From: a virus | Taxonomy: Duplodnaviria > Caudoviricetes | Direction: 5' to 3' (one strand) | IMG/VR virus record: IMGVR_UViG_3300016744_000001 | Length of the DNA stretch: 64,000 nt | Part shown: in pieces, positions 47,613-56,228 of the stretch | How the letters are laid out: each line of letters starts with the position of its first letter | Position numbering within the stretch: the stretch's first letter is position 1 | The notes under the pieces: model-generated | What the model was told of the DNA's origin: nothing | The model's database searches: none | What the model saw: only the letters and a program-made list of their open reading frames with translations | Program-made: the position numbers and the translations under genes

Positions 47613-47940
47613 AGTACAGGTGCGGGCCCAAGGTGCTTATCGTGGGTGTGTGCCTTTTGTGAAGGTTGCTGGTAAATACATCAATCCCAAAGCTATTTAC
47701 GTGAAAGTGAATGGTCTTTGGCGCGCAGCTTATGACAACTTTTACTGGTCGTACTACTGGATGACTGGTAACTGGTCTGGTTGTGCATGCGTCGGCAACT
47801 GCAGTAGCCGAGCAGTTTGGTGCAATTACTATCCGGAAATGCTCACCATGCCTGACAGCTATTGCTCGACGTCTGGTGACAAGCCTGCCACTGTTCAGTG
47901 GTGCAATTGTAATTGTGCGTGTGCCTGCTGTTGTGACTGA
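47593..47940 (+). CDS. Cys-rich protein C with TSP1-like segment and CNCNCACACCCD tail
   Basis: GGAGG RBS before ATG 47593; YVKVNGLWR fibre-tip-like motif; 13 Cys. Confidence 0.8.
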   Translation: MASAVYKVQVRAQGAYRGCVPFVKVAGKYINPKAIYVKVNGLWRAAYDNFYWSYYWMTGNWSGCACVGNCSSRAVWCNYYPEMLTMPDSYCSTSGDKPATVQWCNCNCACACCCD

Positions 47941-47989
47941 GGTTGCGACTAATTAGCAATTCAATTGCCAGTAAATAACAGACCTTTAT

Positions 47990-48023
47990 ACAGAGTACCC
48001 ACCTTTTAAGGTGGGTACTCTGT
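47990..48023 (+). terminator. Intergenic hairpin
   Basis: ACAGAGTACCCACCTT / AAGGTGGGTACTCTGT 16-bp stem. Confidence 0.65.
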
Positions 48024-48086
48024 CAATGATTAATCTTGTTATCTATAAAGATGGTACCAATCTAAAACAATTTCATGGAGTGCAAC

Positions 48087-48488
48087 ATGAGTAACGAAGA
48101 TACCAAATCTGAGGCAGAACGTTTTTCTCTTCCCAGTCAGTTTGTGATGGAAGAGGATACTGAACAGTATCGTCTCAAAACCGATAAAGTGTACACCTAT
48201 CATCGTGATGGTGAACTGGTGATCCAAATCGACTTCAGTGACTTTGCCATCAACAAAGACGACATCGACCGCCTGGGTGAAGAAGCCGTAATCAACCAAA
48301 TCCAGCAGGATGCGCTGGTGTTGGCGATGAAGCTGACTGGTGGGCTGAAACCAGGAGATGTTGAAAAACTGAACAATGAAGAAGTACGGGTTCTTACCGA
48401 AACTGAGATCGAAGACGCCACTGCGTTCATTGCCAGTCATCAGCAGTTCATGAGCGACCCCCAACAAACGGAGACCCCCAATGGGTAA
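48087..48488 (+). CDS. Acidic accessory protein of cassette 2
   Basis: GGAG RBS; D/E-rich; overlaps the start of 48481. Confidence 0.7.
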   Translation: MSNEDTKSEAERFSLPSQFVMEEDTEQYRLKTDKVYTYHRDGELVIQIDFSDFAINKDDIDRLGEEAVINQIQQDALVLAMKLTGGLKPGDVEKLNNEEVRVLTETEIEDATAFIASHQQFMSDPQQTETPNG

Positions 48489-49482
48489 ACCAACCTTGTT
48501 TATCATCCGGAAAGAGATGGACATCCTTCGTCCGTTTGTTATTCGAGTTACCCGTGAGGAAGACCTTCTTCAGGTAGAGTACCTTTACCGCACCATGGTC
48601 AAAGGTGAGCAGAAGGACTTCTTGGTTCTCGGGTATCGGCTTACTCGTGAGTTCCTTGAGAAGCGCAATGACTGGAAAGACAACACCCAATTTGGCATGC
48701 ATCTCAAGGACTATGACATCTCTTACATGCACAGCTGTGTCAGGATCATCCAACAGTTCGTTGACTCTGGATTGTCGTATGCCGATGTCTGCGCTGCAGT
48801 CAGTGCTCACATGCCCAGATTCAACACAATCAACCGCAACGGATACCTGATCAACATCAGTGCCGCCAGCTACATCGGTAAAGTTTCTTCCGTGGAAGCT
48901 CATGTGTTGATCCCTGCTTACCGGGTGATCAACTGGGTACAGAAACTGAAGAGCACCAAGTTCACGGAATGCTGTGTCAACTTGGCAGCTGACCCTGCTT
49001 GCACCGTAGAAGTGATCACTGGTGATCGGACGCAGGACATCTGCAACAGCAGTGAGATCTACAAAGATCTCATCCACAAGGATGAAGCGATCAAACAGCA
49101 GGTTTGGCGTCCCAAACTCAAACTCACCCAGCAGCCAAAACGGTATCCGATCGTCAACAACTTCCCCAGTCGCACTCACTCACTGTTGCGCACGGATCTG
49201 GTTGTCGAAGATTTCACCGGCGTGGTCTTTCCTGATGAATCAGTCACATTTGACGTGCAATTGGTTCGGGAGTGGTACGGTGATGAAATCCACTCCCCGG
49301 CTGAAATCTATCTGGAATGCGTCAATGGTTACTTGCCGAAGACACGTATCCGGTTGGATGAAAACGGTCATGGTACTTTCCGGTTCATTTCCCTTGGTCT
49401 TGAGAAGGGTGACATCATGAAGGTCAAAGCTGGTTTCAGGTTCATGACAAACTCTGCTGAAGCGGATATCGCAATCATCTAA
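48481..49482 (+). CDS. Accessory protein of cassette 2 (C-terminal domain shared with 42125..42964)
   Basis: LECVNGYLPKTRIRLDENGHGTF...G...MKVKAGFRF. Confidence 0.75.
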   Translation: MGKPTLFIIRKEMDILRPFVIRVTREEDLLQVEYLYRTMVKGEQKDFLVLGYRLTREFLEKRNDWKDNTQFGMHLKDYDISYMHSCVRIIQQFVDSGLSYADVCAAVSAHMPRFNTINRNGYLINISAASYIGKVSSVEAHVLIPAYRVINWVQKLKSTKFTECCVNLAADPACTVEVITGDRTQDICNSSEIYKDLIHKDEAIKQQVWRPKLKLTQQPKRYPIVNNFPSRTHSLLRTDLVVEDFTGVVFPDESVTFDVQLVREWYGDEIHSPAEIYLECVNGYLPKTRIRLDENGHGTFRFISLGLEKGDIMKVKAGFRFMTNSAEADIAII

Positions 49483-49493
49483 CAGTCATTCTC

Positions 49494-49523
49494 ACAGAGT
49501 CAGGGAGTACTCCCTGACTCTGT
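49494..49523. terminator. Perfect 30-bp palindrome
   Basis: ACAGAGTCAGGGAGTACTCCCTGACTCTGT. Confidence 0.6.
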
Positions 49524-49580
49524 ATATCTACTGCATTATTTATGCATCGGTTACACCAAAAATAAACCTGAGGAACAGAT

Positions 49581-50819
49581 ATGTTAAGTCTAGTCTTCAA
49601 TGACAAATCGCTTGAGAAATTCAAGATCGACTTCAATCCGTACACCATGAAGTTTGGTCAGGATGTCCAAGATATCAAACCGCTGATGACTGTGCAAACA
49701 AAGATCCACAGCAAGTCACCAAAAGTGCTCAAAATCATGCTTGGTGACGCTTGCAACTTTCGCTGTAAGTATTGCCGTCAAGATCATCATGGTCGGAAAG
49801 ATTCTTTCAATCCGGCACGATTAGCAGCATTCATGCAGATGCTCACGAACAACCTGTCACTGCATCAGCTTGAACGTGTGGAGTACTGGGGCGGTGAACC
49901 CCTCTTGTATTGGGATGAAATCCGGTACTTGATGGACAGAATCGAGACACACGTAAAACGGCCCGTAACGCACCATATAACGACGAATGGCAGTTTGCTG
50001 ACCAATGACATCGTTTCAGACATAAAGTCGCTTAAATACCTCTTTAAGCTCTCTCACGATGGTCCTGGGCAAAGTCTTCGCACGGCAGATCCATTGAAGC
50101 TGCATGAAAGCAAGATCATGGATCTGTACACCCACATGAAGACGGCTGAAGGAAGCAAGTTTCACATCAACTCGGTGCTGACCAAATTGTGTCCGTCACC
50201 TTTCACGATTGTGGATTTCTTCCGAAAGAGGTTTGACAACGATGTCTCGATCATGAAGATCGAACCAGTCATCCCGTACAATGATGATGCGTTGTCTTAC
50301 GCGATCAATCCAGCAGACATGCCGAAGTTCTCATTCCAGATCGCCAACGACATCATCCGTGGGGATATCGTCAGAAGTGTTGTGGAATACCAACAGCTGT
50401 GGGATGCTTTCGTTTTGATGGAAGCTGCCCCTGACTACATCTACAACATGACTGAAGCCAAATGTCATGGGTCACAGTTGATGACTATCTGCACTGATCT
50501 CGATGGTAACCTCACCCCTTGTCAGGTGTATGACAACTACACTCCTGATCAAGTCATCGGCCATCTGACCAAGCTGGATGACATCAAGGAAGAACTTCCT
50601 TATGCTCCGATCAATCGCGCCGGTCGTTGCACCAACTGCCCTGTGATCTCACTGTGCCGTGGGGTATGCCCACACATTGCTCCTGGTCAGCATGCTGACA
50701 CCAACTGTCTGATGCGGTACAACACGTACCTGGGTATCCTTACTGCGTTCCTGTTTTTCAAGACTCAGAAATTCTTGATTCAAGTTAACGGGGACTATTA
50801 CCACAACCAACAAAGGTAG
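49581..50819 (+). CDS. Radical SAM/SPASM maturase 2a
   Basis: CNFRCKYC, YWGGEPLLYW, TTNGSL, LSHDGPGQ; CTNCPVISLCRGVC...C. Confidence 0.92.
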   Translation: MLSLVFNDKSLEKFKIDFNPYTMKFGQDVQDIKPLMTVQTKIHSKSPKVLKIMLGDACNFRCKYCRQDHHGRKDSFNPARLAAFMQMLTNNLSLHQLERVEYWGGEPLLYWDEIRYLMDRIETHVKRPVTHHITTNGSLLTNDIVSDIKSLKYLFKLSHDGPGQSLRTADPLKLHESKIMDLYTHMKTAEGSKFHINSVLTKLCPSPFTIVDFFRKRFDNDVSIMKIEPVIPYNDDALSYAINPADMPKFSFQIANDIIRGDIVRSVVEYQQLWDAFVLMEAAPDYIYNMTEAKCHGSQLMTICTDLDGNLTPCQVYDNYTPDQVIGHLTKLDDIKEELPYAPINRAGRCTNCPVISLCRGVCPHIAPGQHADTNCLMRYNTYLGILTAFLFFKTQKFLIQVNGDYYHNQQR

Positions 50820-50824
50820 TTCAC

Positions 50825-52156
50825 ATGCAACTGATTACCTTAAAGAATGGTACTCAGCTTAAGTTCGATCCAGTCAGCGTTAAGTTCTTCCAGATGGACG
50901 GTACTCCGATCACGGTCAGGAATGATATCAATGCTGATCAAGATTGTTCCAAAGTGAGTAACCAACTGAACATGCACATGCATGCGAACACAAGATTCGA
51001 CAACCCGAAAAACTTGCGTATCGTTCTTGGGCACGCCTGCAACTTCAAGTGCAAATACTGCAGTCAGAGTCACTCACCTCTTGACCTGCCCCCGGCCAAA
51101 CAAGTTAGCAAGTTCATGATGGACTTGTTCAAAACGACTAATCTTTCCCAGTTGAAGGTTATCCAATTCTGGGGTGGTGAACCACTGCTGTACTGGCCAA
51201 CCATCTGCTTCTTTATGGATGCATTCCGGGAGATCAATCCCAACATTGGGTTCTCTATCGTGACCAATGGTAGTTTGATCACCAAGCGCATGGGCGATGT
51301 CATTCTGAACGACGACCAGTTTGGTTTCATCCTTTCTCATGACGGTCCGGGTCAACATCTCCGTGGGATTGATCCATTGGCTCTGGGTTCTCGTACCAGA
51401 GACATCCTGTTACAGTTGGCAAAGGAAAAGGTGCCCAACCAACACCGGAAGTACTTGAATGAAGGAAGGAACTTTGCAGTCAATCCGGTGATCACCTCAG
51501 CTGTGGGTTCACTCACATCCTTGGTAGAATGGTACGACAAAGCCTTTGAAGGTTGCGAAGTACCAATCGCTGAATCAATTCCTGTGATCCCAATCCAAGA
51601 CGACACGGCACAATACGCGCTGCATCATGACGATCTACCCAAGTATACAGCGATGATCTACCACGATCTACTGAAGCTTGGGTTGCATCGTTTTGACAAC
51701 TACAAGATGCTGTATGATCTCTTCCTTCAGAAGTGGTCACTTCCGCAATTCTTGGTGAACCCCAAAAAAGCTTTGTGCTTCACCACCGATCCATACATGC
51801 TGACATTGGACCTGAATGGTAACATCTTACCATGCCAGACTTTTGCAGCTTCGGATCATCTTGGTAATGGGGAACCAGCATCTTACAGTAACCTGCTGGA
51901 TTTTGGTGACAAGACTGATCCCACCACAACCGGACCAGACATCAAAATGCCAACAGTTCATGGTTATGGTAGCCGAGGTAGTAAGTGTAGTAACTGCCCA
52001 GTAGTTTCTTTCTGCATGGGTGGTTGTCCTTACCTTGTTGGTGCACAACACGACATTGACTGCCGTGTCAAGTACCATCATTTCCTTGGACTACTGTTTA
52101 CCTTTGTCACAATGGCCTTTGGTGAAAAGGTCCTCAAAATCGAAACCCTCGATTGA
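50825..52156 (+). CDS. Radical SAM/SPASM maturase 2b
   Basis: CNFKCKYC, FWGGEPLLYW, VTNGSL, LSHDGPGQ; CSNCPVVSFCMGGC...C. Confidence 0.92.
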   Translation: MQLITLKNGTQLKFDPVSVKFFQMDGTPITVRNDINADQDCSKVSNQLNMHMHANTRFDNPKNLRIVLGHACNFKCKYCSQSHSPLDLPPAKQVSKFMMDLFKTTNLSQLKVIQFWGGEPLLYWPTICFFMDAFREINPNIGFSIVTNGSLITKRMGDVILNDDQFGFILSHDGPGQHLRGIDPLALGSRTRDILLQLAKEKVPNQHRKYLNEGRNFAVNPVITSAVGSLTSLVEWYDKAFEGCEVPIAESIPVIPIQDDTAQYALHHDDLPKYTAMIYHDLLKLGLHRFDNYKMLYDLFLQKWSLPQFLVNPKKALCFTTDPYMLTLDLNGNILPCQTFAASDHLGNGEPASYSNLLDFGDKTDPTTTGPDIKMPTVHGYGSRGSKCSNCPVVSFCMGGCPYLVGAQHDIDCRVKYHHFLGLLFTFVTMAFGEKVLKIETLD

Positions 52157-52161
52157 TGACT

Positions 52162-52189
52162 ATCCCTGCTAGGCTATCCTAGCAGGGAT
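52162..52189. terminator. Hairpin between convergent genes
   Basis: ATCCCTGCTAGG / CCTAGCAGGGAT. Confidence 0.65.
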
Positions 52190-52193
52190 GTCT

Positions 52194-52472
52194 TTACTTG
52201 CATTTCATTGGCTGTGCTGGTTGAGTGCTAAATGATGGTACATCAAACAACTGCAGCATGAACCCCTTTTCATGAATGAGTACTACAACACCATTGACGC
52301 ACCACATGTCAATGTTGGCTCCCCAGCTTTTCGAAGATTTGAAATGATCCATTTCTCTGATGGGCTTGTCTTCGATTGTTGCTGCAATCACTGCCTCAGT
52401 TGCAATCTGGTCAGTAGCAACACCACAAAGAACTACCAACAAAACAATGAGTTTAAAAATAAACTTCCGCAT
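52194..52472 (-). CDS. Small secreted/membrane protein
   Basis: AAGGAG RBS; signal peptide MRKFIFKLIVLLVVLCGVA. Confidence 0.7.
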   Translation of the reverse strand: MRKFIFKLIVLLVVLCGVATDQIATEAVIAATIEDKPIREMDHFKSSKSWGANIDMWCVNGVVVLIHEKGFMLQLFDVPSFSTQPAQPMKCK

Positions 52473-52534
52473 ACATGTTCTCCTTTATATAACCGTACCA
52501 TCAAATACCAATTCAACGAAAGGTCTTTCCACGA

Positions 52535-52542
52535 TATATTAC
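52535..52542 (+). promoter_or_regulatory. Early promoter motif TATATTAC
   Basis: Exact motif upstream of 52620. Confidence 0.65.
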
Positions 52543-52619
52543 AACCTTGAACGTATGCTGTGGATCTTTACGACAATTCTTGATTGTATACAGAAATCTC
52601 TGCTAAAGAGGAGTGTTTG

Positions 52620-53744
52620 ATGAAAAGTCAACAGTTCATCTACGTTGATGCGCATCCAAAAGAACTGAAGGATGACTCGCAATATAAGTGTCTTGGTACC
52701 GTTGAGATCAGTGATGTGTTCTACACGGTTGAAGTGGATGGTCGCATCCAGCTCAAGCTGGTTACTTCTGCTCCGGGCTGGGCCAAGATTCTCAATGACT
52801 GTACACAATTTAACACCGAGACCATCTGCGCTGTTCTGATGGATACGGAAGATGTCACCATCGGTGACTCGTTCGAAGTCTTTCGTTTAATGGACAATGG
52901 ACGCACTGAACTGAAAGAACAGGAGAACGAGTACTTCAACCTCAGTGCCAAGGATGATGAGAACCATCTGGTCTTTCGTTGGCGGTTGAAATCAAGGTAT
53001 CATGGTGACCCTGAAAAGCACACCACCCGAACGGCCTCTGTCGTCTATGGACCTCGGTTCTGCCCAATCTGTGGGGAGGAGCTGGACATTGATGAAACGA
53101 TCGGTGATCCCATCTGTCCGAATAGTAACTGCCGAATCTACAAGTATCTGGCGATTACTCGTTTCTTAAATGTCGCTTGCAGGTTGCCACAGCATCAACG
53201 GTTTGGTCGTCTCCTTGTTGACCATCAAGTGATTGGGTCAACAGCGGATATTTTCGAAGTGCTTTCCAGCAAGAAGTCCTTGCTTCAGCAGTACGGAAAT
53301 CCACAGTACGTCAAAACGTTTATTGACGACCTGTCATCAATCAAAGGAACAATCACTCTCGCTGACTGGGTGAACTCCCTTCCGACACTGCGTCATGACT
53401 TCTACATGGTGGAGAAACCGCTTGTCAAGATCTGTCAACCCGCCGGCAATGTTGTCAATCTGAAGAACTACCTGTGTGCAACTGCGCTCAACAAGGATTT
53501 TGGGAGTAACCCAGTAAACCTCGTGAACTGGGTGGACGACTTGTTCAGTGATGTCATCTATGCTGATGACACTACTGAATTTGCAGATTGGCGGGAATCC
53601 CAAACGAAGAAGATCTTGAAGTACATGTCGGTTCCTGTCTTCTTCAGCCTTGCAGAAGTTTTCAACTATGGCCATCCGTCAGAAGAAGACTATCCCACAA
53701 CATTGGAAAAGCTCCAACGTCTTGGAGTATTCAAAACCAGTTAG
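52620..53744 (+). CDS. Protein with LigA-like C4 zinc finger / HhH remnant
   Basis: PRFCPICGEEL.......CPNSNC then LLVDHQVIGSTADIF; no ligase KxDG adenylation motif seen. Confidence 0.55.
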   Translation: MKSQQFIYVDAHPKELKDDSQYKCLGTVEISDVFYTVEVDGRIQLKLVTSAPGWAKILNDCTQFNTETICAVLMDTEDVTIGDSFEVFRLMDNGRTELKEQENEYFNLSAKDDENHLVFRWRLKSRYHGDPEKHTTRTASVVYGPRFCPICGEELDIDETIGDPICPNSNCRIYKYLAITRFLNVACRLPQHQRFGRLLVDHQVIGSTADIFEVLSSKKSLLQQYGNPQYVKTFIDDLSSIKGTITLADWVNSLPTLRHDFYMVEKPLVKICQPAGNVVNLKNYLCATALNKDFGSNPVNLVNWVDDLFSDVIYADDTTEFADWRESQTKKILKYMSVPVFFSLAEVFNYGHPSEEDYPTTLEKLQRLGVFKTS

Positions 53745-53786
53745 GAATAATCACTGATTTCGATTTGGTGAAACACTGAATAGAAA

Positions 53787-53794
53787 TATATTAC
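53787..53794 (+). promoter_or_regulatory. Early promoter motif TATATTAC
   Basis: Exact motif upstream of 53904. Confidence 0.65.
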
Positions 53795-53903
53795 AACATT
53801 GTGGTCCTGTCAGGAAAGTAAATCTATACTTCTTGGTGGTATCACATGCTGTTAACAGCGGTATGGTTTATCAACACAAACACTTTCCATGGAGAACAGA
53901 GTC

Positions 53904-54431
53904 ATGAGTACCGAAAAAATCGCCAGCAATGATCCCAACCGTATTGAAGCCCTTTCCAAGAAAATGCGCGAAGGCGCCACCGTGGCCGCCCCCGAAAAGG
54001 GCAAAGAACACATTGCTGAGCTTGAAGTTCCCGAAGCTATCATCCTTGAAGCCCTTGGCGAACGCGGCATCACGCGTGACCAGATCAAAGAAGTCGCCAC
54101 CGGCGTCGTCGAACTGACCCGCGCTGCCCATCACTGCGCCACCGTGCACAACATCGATCGCATCAAAACCGCCGTCAAATCCAAGACCGATCCCCGCAAC
54201 TTCGAAACCCGTGTGTCCGGCAATGTCGGCCGCTCCCTGCAGATCAACGCCTCGTCCAAAGCCATGCGCGAAGGCGAAATCACCACGCCTACCGGTGAAA
54301 AGAAATCCTACCGCACCTTCGGCACCGGCAAGGGTCAGGCAATCATGGGCGGTGGCCTTGGTGCCGCCATGTCCAGCGACCTGGCTGAAAAAGTCAAGAA
54401 CGCCTTCGACGGCTGCGAATACCTGAAGTAA
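53904..54431 (+). CDS. Hypothetical protein, probably highly expressed
   Basis: Strong GC3/C-ending codon bias; hairpin at 54451-54486 follows. Confidence 0.75.
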   Translation: MSTEKIASNDPNRIEALSKKMREGATVAAPEKGKEHIAELEVPEAIILEALGERGITRDQIKEVATGVVELTRAAHHCATVHNIDRIKTAVKSKTDPRNFETRVSGNVGRSLQINASSKAMREGEITTPTGEKKSYRTFGTGKGQAIMGGGLGAAMSSDLAEKVKNAFDGCEYLK

Positions 54432-54583
54432 GCGCCCTTCCCCGGCACGTGTACCACCCTGCAGCTGCTTGGCTGCAGGGTGGTACTATCTACTTAAACA
54501 TGTGAATGAAATTTTTTCTACCGATATATCACTGCTCAGGATACCATCCTCAACATTTTAACATTACCTAAAAAGGATCTATC

Positions 54584-55216
54584 ATGAGCACCGCAGACTT
54601 CAGCAAACTGCTTCCTGTCATCCGTGAACTTGAAGCAATGGATTGGGCAGAACGTGCCTTGATCGCCAAGGCCATCAACCACATCAACATGCAGGTCGAC
54701 TTGATTGTCGACTACCCCAAGCTTGAAGAGCTGGAAGAACGCTTCGCGCAGCACCTTGAAAGTCGCCAGATCAGCGACATCCTCACCGGCCGTCTCCCAC
54801 TGGACCAGGTCAACGACGAACTGTTTGAAAAGCTCGGCAAGGACCCCAGGTTTGAATACCTGCTGATCGAGCGGTTCAAGCAGCTTGGCATCAACCTCAA
54901 CGACCACGAAGGTCTCCTTGACCGCTGGGTCAACAGCGACAACCGTGATGCCATGGTCACCCACACCACGGGTATCCCCAGCCATGGTGAAAACAGTGGC
55001 ATCCCCATCGAAGACTCCAACAACTTCGCGATCCCGCCGACTGAGCATTCGCTCATGACAGCTGACAGCGCTGCGCAGACTGAAGGGTCTGTGCAGAGCG
55101 CTGATCCCGCCGGCAATCCGGTGACCATCGTTGGTGCTGAACAGGTCAGCACCACGGCTTCTGCCACCACTGACATCAACACCCGGACCGCAAATCGGCA
55201 TTCCGGAAAAAAATAG
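54584..55216 (+). CDS. Hypothetical protein with low-complexity S/T/A tail
   Basis: AAGGA RBS; TATATCAC promoter-like motif at 54525. Confidence 0.7.
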   Translation: MSTADFSKLLPVIRELEAMDWAERALIAKAINHINMQVDLIVDYPKLEELEERFAQHLESRQISDILTGRLPLDQVNDELFEKLGKDPRFEYLLIERFKQLGINLNDHEGLLDRWVNSDNRDAMVTHTTGIPSHGENSGIPIEDSNNFAIPPTEHSLMTADSAAQTEGSVQSADPAGNPVTIVGAEQVSTTASATTDINTRTANRHSGKK

Positions 55217-55430
55217 CCGGGGATAGGAATGGCCGACCTCGTGCTCGGCACTTCCGGTCTCCGTCCCCTATGAGAAAAACCGCAGTAGCGGAGACACCTG
55301 CGGATGACGCAGTTGATCACCAGACTACCAACTCTGTGGTTGACAATTGCGCATCAAACAAACTTCAAGTGGATTCGGTCCCAGCGATCGATCCCTCCTT
55401 GCTGGATTGTGGAACGTAGTGCACTACAAA

Positions 55431-55464
55431 CATCTGGGTACCAGGATTTCCTGGTACCCAGATG
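55431..55464. terminator. Hairpin between convergent genes
   Basis: CATCTGGGTACCAGGA / TCCTGGTACCCAGATG. Confidence 0.65.
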
Positions 55465-55465
55465 G

Positions 55466-56164
55466 CTACGTCAAGTAAGGCGATTTATATTTACATTTCT
55501 TCAACAACTTCTTCACAGTCTTTGTAAAGGAAGTCATCCGTGGTTCCAATACTTTTGCATCCAGCATTGGTTTCCACAACTTTGAAAAGGTAAAGCCAAT
55601 GCTTATCGCATCAATGCTGTGTTCTGTGAACAAAGCACTGTCAGGCATTTTACCTACTTTAAACCCACGAAAGGTTATTTCTTTTTGTTGTACACGACAG
55701 TTAAGTGCCGTGGTCATATCGTCTTTTGTCGCTTTACCACCAAGCTCATGTGACATCACTTTCTTGATCAATGTGGGTGGAGTTTTGAATACTCGCGCTG
55801 TCACTGGATCAATGAGTATACCTTCTTCATACATTCCGTGTAAGGTTGATTCCATCGCGTAGATGGCAATCAGCAACGAAATAAATGCATTTGGACGAGA
55901 AGGATTGTAGAACGCATCTTCACTAGCGATGTAGTCTGGTTTGTACATCATCACCAATTCTCGAATTGTTCTACCTATTACCTTACCACACAGTACTCGA
56001 TCTGAGTACCACTTGTGGTCTTTACGATACCTGCTTTCTTTTGGGTAAGCAGATGGGTAAAGTGTGTTATGCTCAAATACTTCAAAATTGTTATCAGTGA
56101 CTTGACTAAACGCATACCCAAAGGAATTAGTTCCCGGGTCAATTGATAAAACTGTATAGGTCAT
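55466..56164 (-). CDS. ruvC: RuvC-like Holliday junction resolvase
   Basis: VLSIDPGTNSFGYA, IASEDAF, PTLIKK, ATKDDM, EHSIDAISIG. Confidence 0.85.
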   Translation of the reverse strand: MTYTVLSIDPGTNSFGYAFSQVTDNNFEVFEHNTLYPSAYPKESRYRKDHKWYSDRVLCGKVIGRTIRELVMMYKPDYIASEDAFYNPSRPNAFISLLIAIYAMESTLHGMYEEGILIDPVTARVFKTPPTLIKKVMSHELGGKATKDDMTTALNCRVQQKEITFRGFKVGKMPDSALFTEHSIDAISIGFTFSKLWKPMLDAKVLEPRMTSFTKTVKKLLKKCKYKSPYLT

Positions 56165-56228
56165 TGTAAAACTCCAACAGTGGTATTCACTGTATAATCA
56201 CAATCCAGTCGAAACTAACGAGGGATAT

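Noticed and set aside
41520-52156. Classical secreted bacteriocin/sactipeptide cluster
   Set aside because: No ABC exporter, leader peptidase or immunity gene in the cassettes, and no double-glycine leader; the neighbours are tail-fibre genes.
55217-55430. GC-rich gap that might be a structured ncRNA or a frameshift extension of 54584
   Set aside because: No recognisable RNA family; both shifted frames after the A7 run stop quickly. Only a weak 49-codon ORF (about 55270) without a clear RBS.
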